A stretch of DNA of 64,000 bases from an uncultured Actinomycetes bacterium (GCA_963848405.1 CAWKDP010000018.1:65857-129856), one strand, 5' to 3'. Counted from the stretch's first letter, positions 24,929 through 33,984 are shown. Notes: generated from the letters alone by a model not told the origin. A program made the numbers and translations.

Positions 24929-26479
24929 GTGGCTGAAGCAGTCATCGAGGAACGCCATCTCCTCAAGAAGCTGCGCTGGTACGACGGATTCGTCATCGCC
25001 CTCGCGACGCCCGGCTTCCTGCTCGGGTCGCTCGGGTACTCCGTCGGCGACATCGGCGGCTGGGGCTCCGTGCTCCTGTGGGGTATCTCCGCCGGCCTTG
25101 CGTTCTTCATCATGACGCTCTACTCCGAGATGGCGGCCATGTTCCCGGACAAGCCGGGCGGCTTCCCGCTCTACGCCCACGAGGGGTGGCGCAAGTACTT
25201 CACCGTCATCGGCCCGGTCGTGACGTTCGGGTACTGGCTCGCGTGGTCGGTGGTGCTCGCGTTCCTCGGCGTCTTCAGCGGCCAGATCATCACCGCGGCC
25301 TGGTTCCCGGACGAGCCGTTCGGCAGCGCGTTCTTCGGCAGCTCGGAGGGGGAGGGCTACTTCTCGACCGGCGGCGCGGAGATCGGGCTCCCGCACCTGA
25401 TCGCGATCGGGCTCATCATCGCGGTCTGGCTGTTCAACGTGCGCGGCACTCGCGTGGCAGTCGGCTTCGGCTACCTCGCGGGCGCGCTGCTCATGATCCC
25501 GCTGTTCGTGTTCATGTTCCTGCCGTACCTCAACGGCGACTTCGACAGCGCCAACCTCACGTGGGGTGCGCTCGACGGCACGGCGGGAGCGGGCGACGAA
25601 GCGACCTCGGTGTCGACGTGGGAGATCGTGCGGCTCTCCCTCGTCTGGCTGTGGATCATGGCCTGGTCTTCCTGGGGCGTCGACACCTGCGCGACGTTCG
25701 CGCCCGAGTACAAGGACACCGTCAACGACACGAAGCTCGCGCTCCGGTCCGCGTGCATCTTCACGATCGCCGTCTACACCCTGCTGCCACTCGGTCTCGT
25801 CGGTGGAGTGGGTGAGGAGACCGTCGCTGCGTTCGACTACGTCGGTGCGCTCGAGACGCTGACGGGCTCGACCGCGCTGACGAACTTCTTCGTCATCGTG
25901 ATCGTGGCGAGCTTCGTCATCTCGATGAACACCGCCACCGCCGACGGAAGCCGAGCGCTCTACGGCATCGCGCGCGACGACATGACGGTCAAGCAGCTCT
26001 ACAGCCTCAACCGGTGGCACGTGCCCGGCCGGGCGATGACGCTGGACATGCTCGTCAACATCGGGTTCGTCCTCTTCATCGGCAACATCTTCGGCATCCT
26101 CGCCGCGAGCAACATCGGGTACGTGCTCGCGCACTTCTTCGCGATCACGGGCTTCATCCTGCTGCGCAGAGACCGCCCGGACTGGCCGCGGCCGATCAAG
26201 CTCTCGCCGATCTGGGTGCCGATCGCCTGGGTGCTCGGTGCGATCACCTTCGTGCTCATGATCTTCGGCGTCGGCTGGTTCCAGACTGCCGCCGGCGGCT
26301 ACGGCGGAACGACCGAGAAGATCATCGGCTTCGGGATCCTGATCCTCGCGGTCCTGTTGTTCCTCTACCGCCGGATCGTCCAGGACGGCGTCCGCCCGCA
26401 CTGGCGCGAGGACGCGCCGGCGGTCCCGGACGCACGCCAGGCAGCGCTGCTCGAGGAGGCTGCGCGGCCCGTCGTCTGA
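24929..26479 (+). CDS. APC-superfamily amino acid / amine permease
   Basis: 516 aa, about 12 TM. GGAGG 8 nt upstream of GTG 24929. FAPEYKDTVNDTKLALR..ATADGSRALYGIARD typical of APC permeases. Confidence 0.85.
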   Translation: MAEAVIEERHLLKKLRWYDGFVIALATPGFLLGSLGYSVGDIGGWGSVLLWGISAGLAFFIMTLYSEMAAMFPDKPGGFPLYAHEGWRKYFTVIGPVVTFGYWLAWSVVLAFLGVFSGQIITAAWFPDEPFGSAFFGSSEGEGYFSTGGAEIGLPHLIAIGLIIAVWLFNVRGTRVAVGFGYLAGALLMIPLFVFMFLPYLNGDFDSANLTWGALDGTAGAGDEATSVSTWEIVRLSLVWLWIMAWSSWGVDTCATFAPEYKDTVNDTKLALRSACIFTIAVYTLLPLGLVGGVGEETVAAFDYVGALETLTGSTALTNFFVIVIVASFVISMNTATADGSRALYGIARDDMTVKQLYSLNRWHVPGRAMTLDMLVNIGFVLFIGNIFGILAASNIGYVLAHFFAITGFILLRRDRPDWPRPIKLSPIWVPIAWVLGAITFVLMIFGVGWFQTAAGGYGGTTEKIIGFGILILAVLLFLYRRIVQDGVRPHWREDAPAVPDARQAALLEEAARPVV

Positions 26480-26541
26480 CGCCTCACCACTCGAGGGTGA
26501 CGGCCGAGCCGCCTTCACCCGAGACGGAGCAGAAAAGGGGC

Positions 26542-26572
26542 GACGCAGCGGCCTGCAGCGGGCCGCTGCGTC
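26542..26572 (-). terminator. 12-bp perfect GC-rich stem-loop (GACGCAGCGGCC / GGCCGCTGCGTC, 7-nt loop)
   Basis: On the minus strand the stem is followed by GCCCCTTTTCT. On the plus strand no T-tract follows. Function unproven. Confidence 0.3.
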
Positions 26573-26830
26573 TGGGGGAGATGGATGAAGCTCGGGTGAC
26601 CCGTCGCGGCGGGACGGGACGTTGTCTTCGAGCTCTGATCCTGGGTTATAAAGCAAGTGATATCGAATGTCTCGTGTTCGACAGCAATGCTTAACCGCCT
26701 CTCGTGCGAACCGGCACATGCTTCGCTCGCGAGGCGAGGCGCAGCCTGACGCCGGGCCTCGCCTCTGCGTGGAGCGGGTCGCGCCTTCGCTCGTGTCGTT
26801 CGATACGCGATCGACAGCGGTGCTTGACCG

Positions 26831-28009
26831 GTGAGCGCCGTGAGGCACACGGCAACGACGGGCCTCGACGAGCTCGACCGCGCTCTCGGCGGGCTCTACT
26901 GGGGGGACAACGTCGTGTGGGACGCCGAAGCCGCCGACGACGCCGGCCCGTTCTACGCCGCCGTGGCCGCGACGGCCTGGGAGTACGACGCAGCCGCCTA
27001 TGTGACGCTGACCGAGAGTCCCGAGAGCGTCGAGGCGCGATACCCGGGGCTCGAGATTCTCGATGCGCGCGCGGCGGGCGACCTCGCGCAGCCTCGCCCG
27101 CTGCTCGACGCGTGCGGAAGGTGGTGCGCGCAGCCCGGCCGGCGGCTCCTGCTCCTCGAGTCGCTCGATGCGATGAGCGACCGCTGGGGAACGGAGACGG
27201 CAGGTCGCTTCTTCACCCGCGGGTGTCCCTTGCTGCTGGGGCTCGGCGCGATCGCTTTCTGGTCGCTGACGACGTCTCGCCATCCCGCGTCGCTCCGGCG
27301 TGAGATCGAGGACGTGACGCAGTGCGTGCTCAGCCTCGGCGACGGTCGCCTGCGCATCATCAAGGCCGAGGGCCGGCGCGCCGGCGTCGAGGGCAGTGTC
27401 TTCCGCTACCACGTCGAGCGGGGCCTGCCGGTCCTCGAGCCGGCTCCCGCCGCAGCGCGCCTCGGGGCGGCGCTGCGCGATCTCCGGCGTACCCGTCGCT
27501 TGTCGCAGGCGGACATCGCGCGCCTCGCGGGTGTCTCCCCGAGCGCGATCTCACAGGCGGAGCGCGGGCGGCGAGGGCTGTCGCTCGAGACTCTGCTCGA
27601 CCTCACGTCCCGGCTGAACATGACGCTGGACGAGCTGCTGCGCGGGCAGGAGGCGCCGGGCTACCGGCTTGCCCGCAGAGACGATCCACGGCACGCGACG
27701 CTGGACGTGCCGGTGCCGCTCCTGGACGACCCGGGCGCAGGGCTTCGCGCCTACGTCTTGCGCTTGTCGCCGGGCGCTCGCTCCGTGCCGACGTTCCCGC
27801 ACAAGGGTGTCGAGCTCGTCGCGGTCGCATCCGGTCTCGTTCAGGTCGTGCTTGCCACCGGCACGCCGGTCCTGCGCCCGGGCGAGGCGCTGATCGCCGA
27901 TCGGAGCGGCGTCTCCTCGTGGCGTAACCTCACGGACGGCGAGGCGCTCGTGTTCTGGGTCCTGCACGACGAGAGCGCCGGAGTCGGGACGAGCCCGGCA
28001 ACGGGGTAG
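26831..28009 (+). CDS. three-domain regulator: KaiC/RecA-like domain lacking a Walker A motif + XRE-type HTH + cupin
   Basis: TGLDELDRALGGLYWGDNVVWDAEAADDAG (no GxxGxGK[ST]) ..LLLLESLDAM..RLRIIKAEGRR. Then LRRTRRLSQADIARLAGVSPSAISQAERGRRGLSLETLLDL. Then a cupin: YVLRLSPGARSVPTFPHKGVELVAVASG. Confidence 0.75.
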   Translation: MSAVRHTATTGLDELDRALGGLYWGDNVVWDAEAADDAGPFYAAVAATAWEYDAAAYVTLTESPESVEARYPGLEILDARAAGDLAQPRPLLDACGRWCAQPGRRLLLLESLDAMSDRWGTETAGRFFTRGCPLLLGLGAIAFWSLTTSRHPASLRREIEDVTQCVLSLGDGRLRIIKAEGRRAGVEGSVFRYHVERGLPVLEPAPAAARLGAALRDLRRTRRLSQADIARLAGVSPSAISQAERGRRGLSLETLLDLTSRLNMTLDELLRGQEAPGYRLARRDDPRHATLDVPVPLLDDPGAGLRAYVLRLSPGARSVPTFPHKGVELVAVASGLVQVVLATGTPVLRPGEALIADRSGVSSWRNLTDGEALVFWVLHDESAGVGTSPATG

Positions 28010-28021
28010 GTTCTCTAGCCG

Positions 28022-28993
28022 ATGCAGGAACCGGTCGCTCCGGACGAGTTCCAGATCGCGCTGGACAGCGCGATCTCGGCGCCCGAGGCCTTCGGCGCGT
28101 CCTTCGACGCTGCTCCGTCGGCCACGGAGCTCGAGCTCGGTACCGGTCTCGAAGGAGATCCCGCACTTGCGTTCCGCAGGACGCTCGGGATGTTCGCGAC
28201 CGGCGTCACCGTCATCACGACGCGGACCCGCGAGCAGGTGCACGGCATGACCGCGAATGCGTTCATGTCCGTCTCGCTGCGCCCGCCGCTCGTGCTCGTC
28301 TCCGTCGACCGCCGCGCGCGGATGTCGAATCTGCTCCACGAGGGCACGCGGTTCGGTGTCAACGTGCTCGAGGCAGGGCAGGCGACGCTCTCGGATCACT
28401 TCGCCGGCCGCGCCGTCGAGGCGGCCGGCGAGCCGCGGTTCGAGCTCGTGCACGACACGCCGCTCGTCGAGGGCGCGCTCGCGCACCTCGTCGCGCGGGT
28501 CGTGCGCTCGTACTGGGGCGGGGATCACTCGCTCTTCCTCGGCGAGGTCGAGTTCGCCCGCTACGGCGAGGGCGAGCCGCTGCTCTTCCACGGCGGCCGG
28601 TACGAGCGGCTGATCCGCGACCCGCGCGTCTTCTCGCTCCTGCCGCCCGAGCTGCTCGACCCGATCCTCGCGCTCGGCGAGGAGCGAGAGTACGCCGCAG
28701 GCGAGCCGATCATGCGCATCGGCGACCCGGGCGCGGAGCTCCTGCTCGTGCTCGAGGGAAGCGTGCGCGTCGAACGGCCTGGTCGGAGCCTGACGCTCGG
28801 GGTGGGGGAGCTCATCGGCGAGATCGAGGTGCTCGACCCCGGCGGCGGCCGAATCGCGGACATCCACGCCGAGGAGGCGGTGCGCTGCCTGGCGATCTCC
28901 CGCGACCAGCTGATCGCCGCGCTCGAGGCAGACCCGCGTGCGGCGACCGCGCTCATCGAGGTATTGGCCGCGCGCTTCCGCGAGACCGCCTAG
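28022..28993 (+). CDS. flavin reductase (HpaC-like FMN-binding split barrel) fused to a cyclic-nucleotide-binding domain
   Basis: FRRTLGMFATGVTVITTRTREQVHGMTANAFMSVSLRPPLVLVSV..GDHSLFLGEV. Then EYAAGEPIMRIGDPGAELLLVLEGSVRV..GELIGEIEVL..RIADIHAEE. Confidence 0.8.
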   Translation: MQEPVAPDEFQIALDSAISAPEAFGASFDAAPSATELELGTGLEGDPALAFRRTLGMFATGVTVITTRTREQVHGMTANAFMSVSLRPPLVLVSVDRRARMSNLLHEGTRFGVNVLEAGQATLSDHFAGRAVEAAGEPRFELVHDTPLVEGALAHLVARVVRSYWGGDHSLFLGEVEFARYGEGEPLLFHGGRYERLIRDPRVFSLLPPELLDPILALGEEREYAAGEPIMRIGDPGAELLLVLEGSVRVERPGRSLTLGVGELIGEIEVLDPGGGRIADIHAEEAVRCLAISRDQLIAALEADPRAATALIEVLAARFRETA

Positions 28994-29020
28994 CGCGTCA
29001 CTTCTGCTACATCCAGTGAC

Positions 29021-29878
29021 TCAGTCGATCGCCGGCAGCCCATCGAGCCAGGGGGTGCGGTAGCCCGACTCGTCCCACATGACCGGGAAGAACGACTCGT
29101 CCAGGGAGAGGTCGCCGCGACGGCGGTAGCGGGAGTACGTGACGTCCACGTTCGTCTCGTGGAAGCGCGCCTCGACAGGGATCATGTGCGAGACGAGCGC
29201 CATGCGAGCGACGGAGGCGCTCCGGTTCGGCGCCGAGCCGTGCCAGGTGAGGCCGTGATGGAATGAGCCGCCGCCCGCCTTCACGACCACCGGGACGACC
29301 TCGAGCTCGCTCCCGTCAGGAGCGGCCGAGCGCGGCCCCGTGAGCCAGTCCTCGGGAGCATGGAATTGCGTGCGCTCGGGCGGTGACTTCGGCCACGTGT
29401 GCGACCCGCTAACGAACTCGAGCGGACCGGCGTCTGTTTGCGTGTCGTGGAGCGAGATCCAGCACGTGACCATCTCCGGCGGCACGAGGTAGTCCGCGTA
29501 CGAGGAGTCCTGGTGGAAGCCGATGGCCTTCGTGCCCGGCGGCTTCCAGAGCACGTTGTCCTGGAGGATTCGCACCCCGCGATAGCCGGCGAGCTGCGCC
29601 GCGAGCCGCCCGATTCGCTCGGACAGCACCTGTGCCGCCACGACGTCGTCCGCTTTCCACGCGTTGCAGAGCTGGCGCGTCCGGTCCTCGGGGTCGCGGC
29701 CGCGGACCCAGTTCACCTCGTCCGGCCGGATGCCCGTCTCGTAGTCGCCGTCGAAGAGGCGCTCGTAGCGCGCGCGGAGAAGCTCGAGGGCGGCTTCCGT
29801 CACGAGCCCCTCCTCGACGATGAGGAAGCCGTCGCGCTCGAACGCCTCGACCTGTTGGGGCGAGAAGGACTCGATCAT
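29021..29878 (-). CDS. phytanoyl-CoA dioxygenase (PhyH) family Fe(II)/2-oxoglutarate dioxygenase
   Basis: FERDGFLIVEEGL..IGFHQDSSY..GSFHHGLTWHGSAPN (H-x-D..H facial triad pattern). Confidence 0.85.
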   Translation of the reverse strand: MIESFSPQQVEAFERDGFLIVEEGLVTEAALELLRARYERLFDGDYETGIRPDEVNWVRGRDPEDRTRQLCNAWKADDVVAAQVLSERIGRLAAQLAGYRGVRILQDNVLWKPPGTKAIGFHQDSSYADYLVPPEMVTCWISLHDTQTDAGPLEFVSGSHTWPKSPPERTQFHAPEDWLTGPRSAAPDGSELEVVPVVVKAGGGSFHHGLTWHGSAPNRSASVARMALVSHMIPVEARFHETNVDVTYSRYRRRGDLSLDESFFPVMWDESGYRTPWLDGLPAID

Positions 29879-29886
29879 GCGTCGTC

Positions 29887-29971
29887 GGGGCCAGGCTTCA
29901 GCCTGACCCCGGTTCGAGGTGTCGCGGCGCCCGACATTCTTCAGATCGGGGTCAGGCTAAAGCCTGACCCC
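29887..29971. repeat. REP-like hairpin pair
   Basis: GGGGCCAGGCTTCAGCCTGACCCC (29887-29910) and GGGGTCAGGCTAAAGCCTGACCCC (29948-29971). The second contains the stop codon (29952-29954) of the DUF1989-GcvT gene. Confidence 0.9.
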
Positions 29972-32288
29972 TGGGGCGCGTCTTGGCGGGGTCGTAGAAC
30001 GGGAAGCGGACGACGGTCGCGCGGATCCGCTTCTGGAGCCCGTCGAGCTTGCCGACCTCGACCGCCGTGCCGAGCTCCGCGTACTGCACCGCGACGCGCG
30101 CGAGCGCGATGTTCTTCTTCAGGATCGGGCTTCGCGTCCCGCTCGTGACGACGCCCACGCGCTGACGCCCGACGTAGACGTCGTCGCCGTGGCCGCCCGT
30201 CTCCGACCCCTCGAGCTCGAGTCCGACGAGCGCGCGCTGCGGATGGGCCTTGCGCTCCTCGAGCGCCTCGCGCCCGACGAAGTCGTCGTCCGTTCCGAGG
30301 TCGACGGCGAACCCGATTCCCGCCTCGAACGGGTCGACCTGGTCGTCGAACTCGTAGCCGGCGAATATCAAGCCAGCCTCGATGCGCAGGATGTCGAGCG
30401 CCTCGAGCCCGAGCGGCGTGAGGCCATGCTCCTCGCCGGCTCCCCAGATCGCATCCCAGACGGCCGGTCCGTCCGAGGGATGGCACCACACCTCGTACCC
30501 GAGCTCGCCCGTGTAGCCGGTCCGGGAGACGACGATCGGGATCCCGTCGTAGGCACCGATCCGGCCGATCGTGAAGCGGAACCAGCGCAGGTCCTCGAGC
30601 GAGGTCTGCGAGGGCGGCGTCCACACGATCTTCTCGAGGAGCTCCCTGCTCGCCGGCCCCTGCACCGCGACGTTGTGCAGCTGCTCCGTGGACGGCTTCA
30701 CCCAGACCTTGAGCTCGAGCCGGTCGGCGAGCTCCTTCAGCCAGATCCCGTCGTACTCGTCGCCGCCGACGAAACGGAAGTTGTCCTGCCCGAGCCGGTA
30801 GACGGTCGCATCGTCGATCATGCCGCCCGTCTCGTTGCAGACGGCCGTGTACGTGACCTGGCCGGCCGAGAGCCTTCGTGCGTCGCGTGTGATCGCGCGC
30901 TGCACGAGCCTTTCCGCATCCGGGCCGAGGATCTCCCACTTGCGGAGCGGCGAGAGGTCCATCACCGCGACCTTCTCGCGGCACGCCCAGTACTCGGCGA
31001 TCGCTCCCTCGTTGTCGAAGCAGTGCGGGAGCCAGTATCCGCGGTACTCGACGAAGCTCTTCGTCAGCTCGCTCGTGCGCGGGTGGAAGGTCGTCTCCTT
31101 CGTGAGGACGGGCTCTGCGTCGGCGGTGACGCGGCGCGCGATCGCCATCGAGAACGAGTTGTCCGGTGCGTACACGCGCACGTGGATGGGCGTCACCTGC
31201 CAGCCGTTCGCGGGGTCGATGTCGTCCGGGCAGGAGGAGGACGCGCACACGAGGTCGGTCATCGCGCGCACCAGCACGTAGTCGCCCGGGCGCGACCACG
31301 GCTCGTCCATGACGAACACGTTGTTCGCGTCGAAGCCCGTGTTGTAGAAGAAGTTGAGCGCCTCCCAGCCCATGCGCGGCGCAATGTCGTACGGCGACAC
31401 CTGCCCGTTGAAGTTCTCCGTGCAGTTGACGTGCCCCGGGTAGCCCTTGTCCTCGTAGTACTTGGCCATGCAGGCGAGCCCGAAGGTGTCGTGCCGGCCG
31501 ACGGTGTCGCGAACGACCTCGACGAGCGGGTCCTGGTCGACGTCGTAGAACTTCCCGTGGAGACCCGGTTGCGGGTAGGCCTGACCCATCAGGCTCCGCG
31601 TCGTCGTCGCGTCGAGCCCGCGCTCGCGCCCTGCCTCGAGCTTGCGGCGATGGAACGCGAGGAAGTCCGAGCACTGCTTGCCCTCGACGTCGATCACCTG
31701 GATGAACTCACCCGCTCGCACCTCGTATGCGAGTGCGGTCGCGGAGTCCACCCTGAGGTCGAGGCGCGGCTCGGCGAGCGGGGGCGGGAGCTCGAACTGC
31801 TCGTAGCTCCGCGGAGTCGCCCGCCGCACCTCGACGAGGAGCTCGGAAGGAGGGGGCGCCCCGTCGACGATGCGTCCGCTCGGAGCTGCGACGACGACGG
31901 TCACCGCTCGCTCTGCGCGAAATGCCTGGGAGCTGCCGGGGGGTGACCACTCACCGAAGAGCAGGACGGCCGTCGCCTCGGCCGGGTCGAGCCCGCGCGA
32001 GCCGAGCTCGTCAGCGAGGAGACTCCCGTTCCGGCTGCGGAACGCCTCGCGGACGACCGTTGCCGGTGCGTCCGCCTTCGCGCCGAGCGCTTCCGCGGCG
32101 TCGCGTCCTGCCTCGTCGAGGGCCGTGAGCTCTGCGAGCTGGCCTCCGTGCGCGTCGACGACCGTCACCCGCTCGTCGGGGGCGAGCGCGAACACGGTCG
32201 CTCCCCCAGGCCGCACGAGGTACGTCTCGACGAACGGGTCCTCGGGGAGGAGCCAGCCCTGGAGACCGCTGTCGGCCCCGATTGCCAT
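29952..32288 (-). CDS. DUF1989 domain fused to an aminomethyltransferase (GcvT-family, folate-binding) domain
   Basis: Track ORF 29952..32411 trimmed to ATG 32288 (MAIGADSG). The N-terminal half (EFIQVIDVEGKQCSDFLAF..GYPGHVNCTENF) resembles DUF1989. The C-terminal half is AVMDLSPLRKWEILGPDA..VSRTGYTGELGYEVW..LEALDILRIEAG. Confidence 0.8.
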   Translation of the reverse strand: MAIGADSGLQGWLLPEDPFVETYLVRPGGATVFALAPDERVTVVDAHGGQLAELTALDEAGRDAAEALGAKADAPATVVREAFRSRNGSLLADELGSRGLDPAEATAVLLFGEWSPPGSSQAFRAERAVTVVVAAPSGRIVDGAPPPSELLVEVRRATPRSYEQFELPPPLAEPRLDLRVDSATALAYEVRAGEFIQVIDVEGKQCSDFLAFHRRKLEAGRERGLDATTTRSLMGQAYPQPGLHGKFYDVDQDPLVEVVRDTVGRHDTFGLACMAKYYEDKGYPGHVNCTENFNGQVSPYDIAPRMGWEALNFFYNTGFDANNVFVMDEPWSRPGDYVLVRAMTDLVCASSSCPDDIDPANGWQVTPIHVRVYAPDNSFSMAIARRVTADAEPVLTKETTFHPRTSELTKSFVEYRGYWLPHCFDNEGAIAEYWACREKVAVMDLSPLRKWEILGPDAERLVQRAITRDARRLSAGQVTYTAVCNETGGMIDDATVYRLGQDNFRFVGGDEYDGIWLKELADRLELKVWVKPSTEQLHNVAVQGPASRELLEKIVWTPPSQTSLEDLRWFRFTIGRIGAYDGIPIVVSRTGYTGELGYEVWCHPSDGPAVWDAIWGAGEEHGLTPLGLEALDILRIEAGLIFAGYEFDDQVDPFEAGIGFAVDLGTDDDFVGREALEERKAHPQRALVGLELEGSETGGHGDDVYVGRQRVGVVTSGTRSPILKKNIALARVAVQYAELGTAVEVGKLDGLQKRIRATVVRFPFYDPAKTRPRGQALA

Positions 32289-32349
32289 CCCTAGATGGCC
32301 GGCGCCATGAGATCGCCGCCTCCGGGGCGTGAGCTGGCCGCTCCGAGGC

Positions 32350-32402
32350 GCGACGGGAGTGCGGCGGCGATGCTTGGCGCATCGGGGCCGCACTCCCGTC
32401 GC
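32350..32402. terminator. 16-bp perfect stem-loop (GCGACGGGAGTGCGGC..GCCGCACTCCCGTCGC) with a nested GATGC/GCATC stem
   Basis: Lies between the ACAD-fold gene stop (32524) and the DUF1989-GcvT start (32288). No U-tract. Confidence 0.35.
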
Positions 32403-32429
32403 GAAGCGCACGCGCGGCGCGCAAGACGC

Positions 32430-32449
32430 GGTCTGGCTGAAGCCAGACC
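32430..32449. repeat. REP-like hairpin variant GGTCTGGC-TGAA-GCCAGACC
   Basis: Same architecture and loop as the main family, with compensating stem changes. Confidence 0.7.
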
Positions 32450-32523
32450 CCAGCGCGCCGCGCGGAAGCGGCTCGGACGCGCCAGATCGCGCATCCGGAC
32501 GCGCGAGATCGTGACGCCGGCCA

Positions 32524-33927
32524 TCAGGCTTTCTGCGCCGGTTCCTTCGCCTCTTGCTCCTCGGCCTCCGCGAGGAGCTGCTCCGCGAGCTCGCGCTTGC
32601 CGGTGGAGTCGAGCTTCTTCACCTCGTTCTCGACGGCGCGGCGGTTGTACGTCTGGTTCCAGTAGTCGAGCGAGTCGAAGCCGAGGAGCACGGCCTTGCC
32701 GACGAACTGCCGCAAGACCTCGTTCGTCGGGCCCATGACCCAGCCTGCCTTCGCGTCGCGGAGATAGCGCTCGAGCTCCATGTCGCGCTTGTAGCCCGAG
32801 CCGCCGCAGGCGTGGAGCATCTTGTCCACGACGTGCGCGACGTTCTTCGCGGCCACGAACTTGATCTGCCAGGCCCAGTGCAGGAAGTCGGCTCGCGCGA
32901 ACTCACCCGGGGCGAGCACCTTTTGGTTGTCGTCCGTCGCGCGATCCATGGCGTTGGCCACGGAGAGCACGAACGTCCGCGCTGCGTTCGTGTCCATGAC
33001 CGCCTCACCGACGTAGTCCTGGATCGTCGGGTAGTCGGCCACACGCATGCCCACGTCGACGTGGCGCTTGCGCGTCGTGTGGCGCTTCGCGATGTCGATC
33101 GTGCCGAGCGCGAGCCCGTTCCAGACCGACGAGGAGCCAATGAGGAACCACGGGTCGACCGACTCGTCGTTCGACGCCGCTCCGTCGCCGACGGGGCCGA
33201 CGATCTGCTCGCCGGGGACCTCGACATCCGGCACCTCGAGCGGGCCGGACTGGTTCCCGCGCAGGCCGAGCGCGTCCCACAGCGACGGCTGCGACTGGAC
33301 ATCGTCGCCGTCGATGACGAACACCGAAAGGTCGTCGTAACCGGAGAAGTCGGGGCTCGTCGTCTGCACGACGTAGAAGTCGGCGAAGCCGGCGGAGGTC
33401 GTCCACGACGCCTTCTTGCGCACCTTGAAGCCGCCGTTCGAGCGCTCTGCGCCGGACGAGATCGGGTACCAGAAGTGGGAGCCCGTCTCGGGGTCGGAGT
33501 AGGAGAGCGTTCCGATCTTCCCGGTGCCGAGCGGCCGGATGTACTTGTCGATCAGCTCTGGAGTGGGGCGGAGCATGATCGTGTTCACGGCCCCGATGTG
33601 CATCACGTAGCACATCGCCGTCGACGCGCACCCGTAGCGCGCGATCGTCTCGCAGGTCATCGCGTAGGCGACGTGGTTCTCGCCGAGACCGCCGTACTCC
33701 TCGGGGACGGTCAGCGCGAGGAAACCATGCTCGCCGAGGAGCTCGAGGTTGCGGCGCGGGAACAGCAGCTCGTCGTCCGAGCGTTTTGCGTTCGCGCGCA
33801 TCTCCTTCTCGCAGAGCTCGATGAGCGTGGCCCGGAGCTCCTTCTGGCGCTCGGTCAGGAACCAGTCGGGATCCCACTCGTACCCGAGCCCCCAGAACGG
33901 CTCGGAGCCCCACATCTTCTCGGACAT
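32524..33927 (-). CDS. acyl-CoA dehydrogenase-fold flavoprotein with charged C-terminal tail
   Basis: Track ORF trimmed to ATG 33927 (GGAGG upstream): MSEKMWGSEPFWG..FLALTVPEEYGGLGENHV..YSDPETGSHFW..ACGGSGYKRDMELERYLRDAKAG. Confidence 0.8.
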   Translation of the reverse strand: MSEKMWGSEPFWGLGYEWDPDWFLTERQKELRATLIELCEKEMRANAKRSDDELLFPRRNLELLGEHGFLALTVPEEYGGLGENHVAYAMTCETIARYGCASTAMCYVMHIGAVNTIMLRPTPELIDKYIRPLGTGKIGTLSYSDPETGSHFWYPISSGAERSNGGFKVRKKASWTTSAGFADFYVVQTTSPDFSGYDDLSVFVIDGDDVQSQPSLWDALGLRGNQSGPLEVPDVEVPGEQIVGPVGDGAASNDESVDPWFLIGSSSVWNGLALGTIDIAKRHTTRKRHVDVGMRVADYPTIQDYVGEAVMDTNAARTFVLSVANAMDRATDDNQKVLAPGEFARADFLHWAWQIKFVAAKNVAHVVDKMLHACGGSGYKRDMELERYLRDAKAGWVMGPTNEVLRQFVGKAVLLGFDSLDYWNQTYNRRAVENEVKKLDSTGKRELAEQLLAEAEEQEAKEPAQKA

Positions 33928-33984
33928 GCGTACCTCCGGTCTCGCGTCGCTGGCCGGGTCATCGTAGAGCGTGGCCGGACGCCC

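Noticed and set aside
29905-29930. tRNA fragment suggested by GGTTCGAGG next to a REP hairpin
   Set aside because: There is no acceptor stem, anticodon arm or CCA-compatible 3' end. The sequence is the inner segment of a REP pair.
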